64,000 nt of DNA, taken from Heterodontus francisci. Lineage: Eukaryota. Shown here piece after piece: positions 60,501-64,000 of this stretch (position 1 is the stretch's first letter; each line of letters starts with the position of its first letter). The notes beneath the pieces were generated by a model, which saw only the letters and a list, made by a program, of their open reading frames with translations, was not told the origin of the DNA and made no database searches. A program made the translations under genes and the position numbers. Location: NCBI RefSeq assembly GCF_036365525.1, contig NW_027141721.1, forward strand, positions 124,001-188,000. The letters run 5' to 3'.

Positions 60501-61353
60501 ACTTCAATGACTGATCTGGATGATGAAACTGCAAAGAGAATCGTTGTGGAGAGGGTAAGAGACTGCACTGTACTGAGGAGAAACACGGGAGACAACAGAT
60601 CCTCCCTCTCACTGTCTGTATTCACTGAATGGGAACTCCAGGTCATTATTTAAACAGCTCTAATTTCCCTCTGCTTATCTTCTGGTCCCCCAGATCAGGC
60701 TTGTGAGGGGTTGAATGGGCTTCCTCCTGAGCCTGTGTGAAAGGCTCGAGAGCGGGTGAGGGGGCTGAATGGCCTTCTCCTGTTCCTGTGTAAGAACTCG
60801 AAAGAGGGGCTGAATGGCCTCCTCCTGTTCCTGTGTAACAGATTCGAGGGGATGAATGGCCTCCTCGTTGTACGGTAACCTCTCTCTGATCTTCCCTCTC
60901 ACTCTCCCCATTCTCTCTTTATGTCCTTTCTATCTCTGTCTCTTTCTCTGCCTCGCTCACCCACTCTGTATTTCTCTTTCTTTGTCTTTCTTTCTGTCTG
61001 TGTCTGTCTCTCCCTCACTGCATCTCTGACGACCTCTCGCTCTCACGCCCTCTGTTTCTCTACCTCTGTCTCAATCCCTGTAGCTCTCCCACCCTCCCTC
61101 TCCATCTCTCCCTCTATCTGAGTATCTTTGCCTCACCCTGTCTCTCACTGTCTTGTCCCCACCCTCTCTCCCGATCTCTGTCTGTATCCTCTCTGTCTCT
61201 TTCTATTCACTCCTCCCCTTGCAGTAATACTCATTGTTTCTCCTCTCTGCGATGCAGATGAAGCACATGTTCCAGGATCAGTGTCCACACACGAAGCTCG
61301 AATTGGATCCAGAAGACGTTCAGTGCTCGGCTAGTGAGCCTGTGGAAGTGTGA
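33563..61353 (+). CDS. D8C secreted protein, copy 2 (about 443 aa). Exons 33563-33596, 35523-35667, 35820-35896, 35991-36152, 36556-36651, 40224-40319, 42923-43018, 45672-45767, 47098-47193, 50403-50498, 51921-52016, 59516-59575, 60469-60554, 61258-61353
   Basis: Contiguous open frame through GT-AG junctions: MWTLLIILGYLITDSTLTDPCVNHT..., D8C, seven 32-aa repeats, C-terminal domain, TGA. Confidence 0.85.
33640..35130. mobile_element. L2 fragments, antisense (about 33640-34545) then sense (about 34550-35130)
   Basis: Minus ILLELSAVFDTIHH..GTALAYF; plus SRLDYS region and L2 3' end. Confidence 0.75.
35523..36152 (+). CDS. Copy 2 D8C exons a-c (35523-35667, 35820-35896, 35991-36152)
   Basis: Constant offset of 34291 from copy 1; ...WRSIDCTGTECSGQVKC...WLQGSHPSVEQGEVTRTVCLYWRGNPCHKVHE...YDLKSSFYCAAYCT. 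Confidence 0.9.
36556..36651 (+). CDS. Copy 2 stalk exon R1
   Basis: DPETVATEEPEEQSTRESARGSSSTPAVSGTS; AG/GT intact. Confidence 0.85.
36738..37625 (+). repeat. 23-bp minisatellite
   Basis: Collinear with 2448-3700. Confidence 0.95.
37812..37907 (+). pseudogene. Stalk pseudo-exon R2 (acceptor AG>AC)
   Basis: ctttattacaC|atccagagact; 96 nt, open frame PETSTTARTKEQTTPHSIEKSPSNPIDIFTS; GT donor retained. Confidence 0.7.
38130..38835 (+). mobile_element. CR1 3' portion
   Basis: ALERVQRRFTRRLPGL...RRLRGDLIEVYKIM. Confidence 0.95.
40224..40319 (+). CDS. Copy 2 stalk exon R3
   Basis: ctaacag|ag...ccag|gtatct; EPMTSQTQESEEQSTGESIEVSSSILVGSGTP. Confidence 0.75.
40345..41850. mobile_element. CR1 antisense/sense composite within stalk cassette
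   Basis: Paralogous to 6988-8200 and 43047-44785. Confidence 0.85.
42923..43018 (+). CDS. Copy 2 stalk exon R4
   Basis: EPVTYQTQESEEQSTAESTEGPSSIPAGSGSS; AG/GT intact. Confidence 0.8.
43047..44785. mobile_element. CR1 antisense/sense composite within stalk cassette (longest version)
   Basis: Antisense RT 3' end then sense endonuclease (YDVVAITESWL, PTRKEALLDLVLGN). Confidence 0.85.
45672..45767 (+). CDS. Copy 2 stalk exon R5
   Basis: EPETSQTQESEEQSTRESTEVSSSTPAGSGSS; AG/GT intact. Confidence 0.8.
47098..47193 (+). CDS. Copy 2 stalk exon R6
   Basis: EPVTSKTQESEEQSTRESTEVSSSTPAGSGSS; AG/GT intact. Confidence 0.8.
50403..50498 (+). CDS. Copy 2 stalk exon R7
   Basis: EPVTSKTQESEEQSTRESTEVSSSTPAGSGSS; AG/GT intact. 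Confidence 0.8.
51921..52016 (+). CDS. Copy 2 stalk exon R8
   Basis: EPVTSQTQESEEQSTSESTEVSSSTPAVSGSS; AG/GT intact. Confidence 0.8.
57812..57893 (+). pseudogene. Dead stalk exon R9 (paralogue of 6881-6961)
   Basis: 5' end and acceptor lost; TAA at 57890-57892. Confidence 0.75.
57920..59132. mobile_element. CR1 composite, paralogue of 6988-8200
   Basis: Collinear, near-identical ORFs. Confidence 0.9.
59516..59575 (+). CDS. Copy 2 linker exon
   Basis: DSGIPSTPEEPPDSQPVSDD; one silent change versus copy 1. Confidence 0.7.
60469..60554 (+). CDS. Copy 2 C-terminal domain exon 1
   Basis: DTKYKRINVKITSMTDLDDETAKRIVVER|gtaaga. Confidence 0.8.
61258..61353 (+). CDS. Copy 2 terminal coding exon
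   Basis: MKHMFQDQCPHTKLELDPEDVQCSASEPVEV*. Confidence 0.8.
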   Translation: MKHMFQDQCPHTKLELDPEDVQCSASEPVEV

Positions 61354-61979
61354 AGGTGTTTGGACATGTCAACAAGCACCCGACACGTGTGATCCAGTCT
61401 CTGTGTGTTTTACAACCTCACTCAATCACTGTACCATCTTATCTTCACCTTGTTTAACTCAAGGAAATTGTCAGCAAAGGGTTAATCTCCGACTAGAAGT
61501 ATGCTAATGTTATACTGTAATTGGTGTGTCTTTATACTGCAGGGGTGTGGGAGCTTTAAGCTATTGCTTTGTTAAATAGAGAAGTACGATCCCATTTGTA
61601 TACAGTGACCACTGGTCAGCTGAACCCAGACGAACCTGACAGCTCTGGCCACTATCAGGATGAAGTGGTCTCAGGTTTAATGAGGGAGTTTCTTTAAAGA
61701 TCTACCATTGAGTAGAGGTCCCAAAGCTTCATGGAGCTGTCAGCACTGAGAGCAGGGGCAAGGAAAACAGTTAGTCCTTGTCCAAGGAGAACCTCTGGGT
61801 AGATAACATCTTTTAAATTGAGAGTTCATGAAGAATGGGGCATCGGTTGATGCTGAACTTTTGAGAATCAAAATATATTTAAAAGGAAAGCTTTCATTTG
61901 GTACAATAGCATTTATGTGTGACAAGTGTCAAATGTTTAATAACAAAGGACGGAGTTATAGTGAGCTCAGGAAACGAAT

Positions 61980-62540
61980 GCTGACAACACTCTATCTCAC
62001 TAACATCTCTGTGAATCCCTCCATTGTCTCTGCTCTGTCACACTGCTTGTCTAACATCCCATACTGGATAGCAGATATTTTCTCCGACCAAATATTGGGA
62101 AGACTGAAGCCATTGTCTGTGGTCCCCGACACAAATGTCATTCTTGGACCACCGACACCATCTCTGGTACCTGTCTGAAACTGATCAAGACAGTTTTCAG
62201 CCTTTGTTGTTGTGTTTGACCCCGAGATGAGTTTCCGACTACATATCCGCACTATCACCAAGACTGTCCATTTCCACCTCCATACCATCTCTCTACTCCG
62301 ACACTGCCTCAGCTCATCTGCTGCTGAAACCCTAATCCGTGTCTCTGTTACCTCGAGCCTGGACTATTCCAATGCTCTCCTGGCCAAGCTCACATCTTTC
62401 ACACTTCCTGATCTTATACTCATGCAATCATTTGCTGTGTCTTAACTCACTCAGAACCTTGTTCACCCATCCCCCTGAAATGATTGTCATTCAGTGACTC
62501 CCTGCTACTCTCCAATTTCCCAATATTAACATCCTGATCA
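61980..62540 (+). mobile_element. L2 fragment, paralogue of 11060-11625
   Basis: FDPEMSFRLHIRTITKTVHFHL...SSAAETLIRVSVTSSLDYSNALL. Confidence 0.85.
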
Positions 62541-63114
62541 GTCAGTTGCACTGTTGTGAAATGACTCATTGGTCACAACTCTCGAGTGTAACGATGTAAA
62601 ACGTCTGCAATAAGTGAATATGGCTGCGTATCTTCCATTGATGGACATTCAGACAAGGAGAGCTGCAGCTTGGAAAGGGCTTTTAACGTGTTTGACTCCC
62701 TGAACACCCAGTGTGATTGCAAATCTGATTGTAAACCGTGTGTTTAAAGTTTTATTGCATTCTCTGTCTGCTCAATATATCTATGAATATTGAACCTGAC
62801 CGTCTCAAGAAGATTATTGATGTTGCTGGAATGGCTTTCCCATCTGATCATGGAAATCCAGTGTTTTCTTGTTCTGGGAGGGAACACGCACTGTTAAATG
62901 ATTGCTGAGGGCTGGGATCAGAAGGGATGTGACTGTACGTAGTGGATCTGCCCAGCATTCCCCAAACCTCATGCTGCTCCATTCTATTCTGGTCAGTGCT
63001 TCCACCCTGGATATTCCAGCTCACTTGAGGACTCACAGAGGAAAATGAGAAATCCTGGCAACAGGAGTGGACCATTCGGCCCATTCGAGCTTGCTGTTGA
63101 CGTGATGAACCTGG

Positions 63115-64000
63115 CCCTTCAAAAGACATTTGATACAGTTCCACACAACAGACTTGTGAGCAAACATGTAGTTCATTGAATAAAAGGGATGGTAACAACA
63201 TGCATATAAAACTGGCTGAGTGACAGGAAACTGAGAATAGTGATTAATGGATGTTTTCGGGCTGGAAGAAGGTTTGTGGTGGAGTTCCCCAGGGATCGGT
63301 GGTGGGACCCTGGCATTTCCTGATATATATTAATGTCCTAGACCTCGGTGTACAGGGCACAACTTCAAAATTTGCAAATGATACGAAACCTGGAAGCATT
63401 GTGAACTGTCAGGAGGATAGTGTAGAACTTCAAAAGGACATCGACAAATTGGTGGAATGGGCGGACAAGTGACAGATGAGGTTCAATGTGGGGAAATGTG
63501 AAGTGACTAATTTTGGGAGGAAGACCATGGAGAGACAATATAGAATAGAGGTTACGATTCTAAAGAGGGTGCAGGAGCAGAGAGACCTGGATGCATTTGT
63601 GCATAAGTCATTGAAGGTGGCAGGACAGGTTGACAGAGTGGTTCATAAAGTATACAGTATCCTGGGTTTTATTAATAGTGGCACAGATTAAAAGAGCAAC
63701 GAAGTTATTTTGAACTTGTGCAAGGCACTAGTTCGTCCTCAACTGGAGTATTGCCTCCAGTTTTGGGTGCTGCACTTGAGAAAAGATGTGAGGGCATTGG
63801 AGAGAGTACAGACGAGATTCACAAGAATGGTTCCAGGGATGAGGAATTTCAGTTATGAAGATAGATTCGAGAAGTTAGGGCTGTTTTCCTTGGAGAAGAG
63901 AAGGCAGAGAGGTGATTTGAGAGAGATATTCAAAATCATGAGGGGTCTGGACAGAGTAGATAGAGAGAAACTGTTCCCACTCGTGAAAGGATCAAGAACA
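63115..64000 (+). mobile_element. CR1 RT, paralogue of 12150-13030 (runs off window)
   Basis: GVPQGSVVGP...FANDTK; same junction context as copy 1. Confidence 0.9.

Noticed and set aside
35491-64000. Copy 2 as a haplotype or assembly duplicate of copy 1
   Set aside because: Many substitutions, different stalk-exon number, a copy-specific insertion and unrelated upstream sequence argue for true paralogues

Overview
Eukaryotic, repeat-rich vertebrate DNA, most likely a cartilaginous fish (shark), inferred from its CR1/L2 LINEs, V-SINEs, Deu-type SINE and minisatellites. The supplied ORF track is almost entirely repeat noise; the real genes are spliced. (1) Two tandem paralogues on the + strand encode an apparently secreted uromodulin/GP2-type D8C(D10C) 'decoy module' protein with no ZP domain and no TM/GPI segment. 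The layout is signal peptide, D8C domain, acidic Ser/Thr/Glu stalk built from symmetric 96-nt exons, then a short conserved C-terminal domain. Copy 1 (1232-10434, leader exon not in the window) has one intact stalk exon. Copy 2 (33563-61353, about 443 aa if all intact exons are used) has seven. By manual comparison the D8C domains differ at 16 residues, concentrated in two loops, while the C-terminal ~80 residues are identical. (2) Between the two copies, on the - strand, lie antigen-receptor V-segment pseudogenes. One is TCRbeta-like and one TCRdelta/gamma-like, each with a 23-bp-spacer RSS, and there are further decayed V remnants. (3) The rest is 23-, 33- and 37-bp minisatellites, (TTG/CAA)-rich satellite, and LINE/SINE fragments. 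All calls come from reading and hand translation; no database searches were run.
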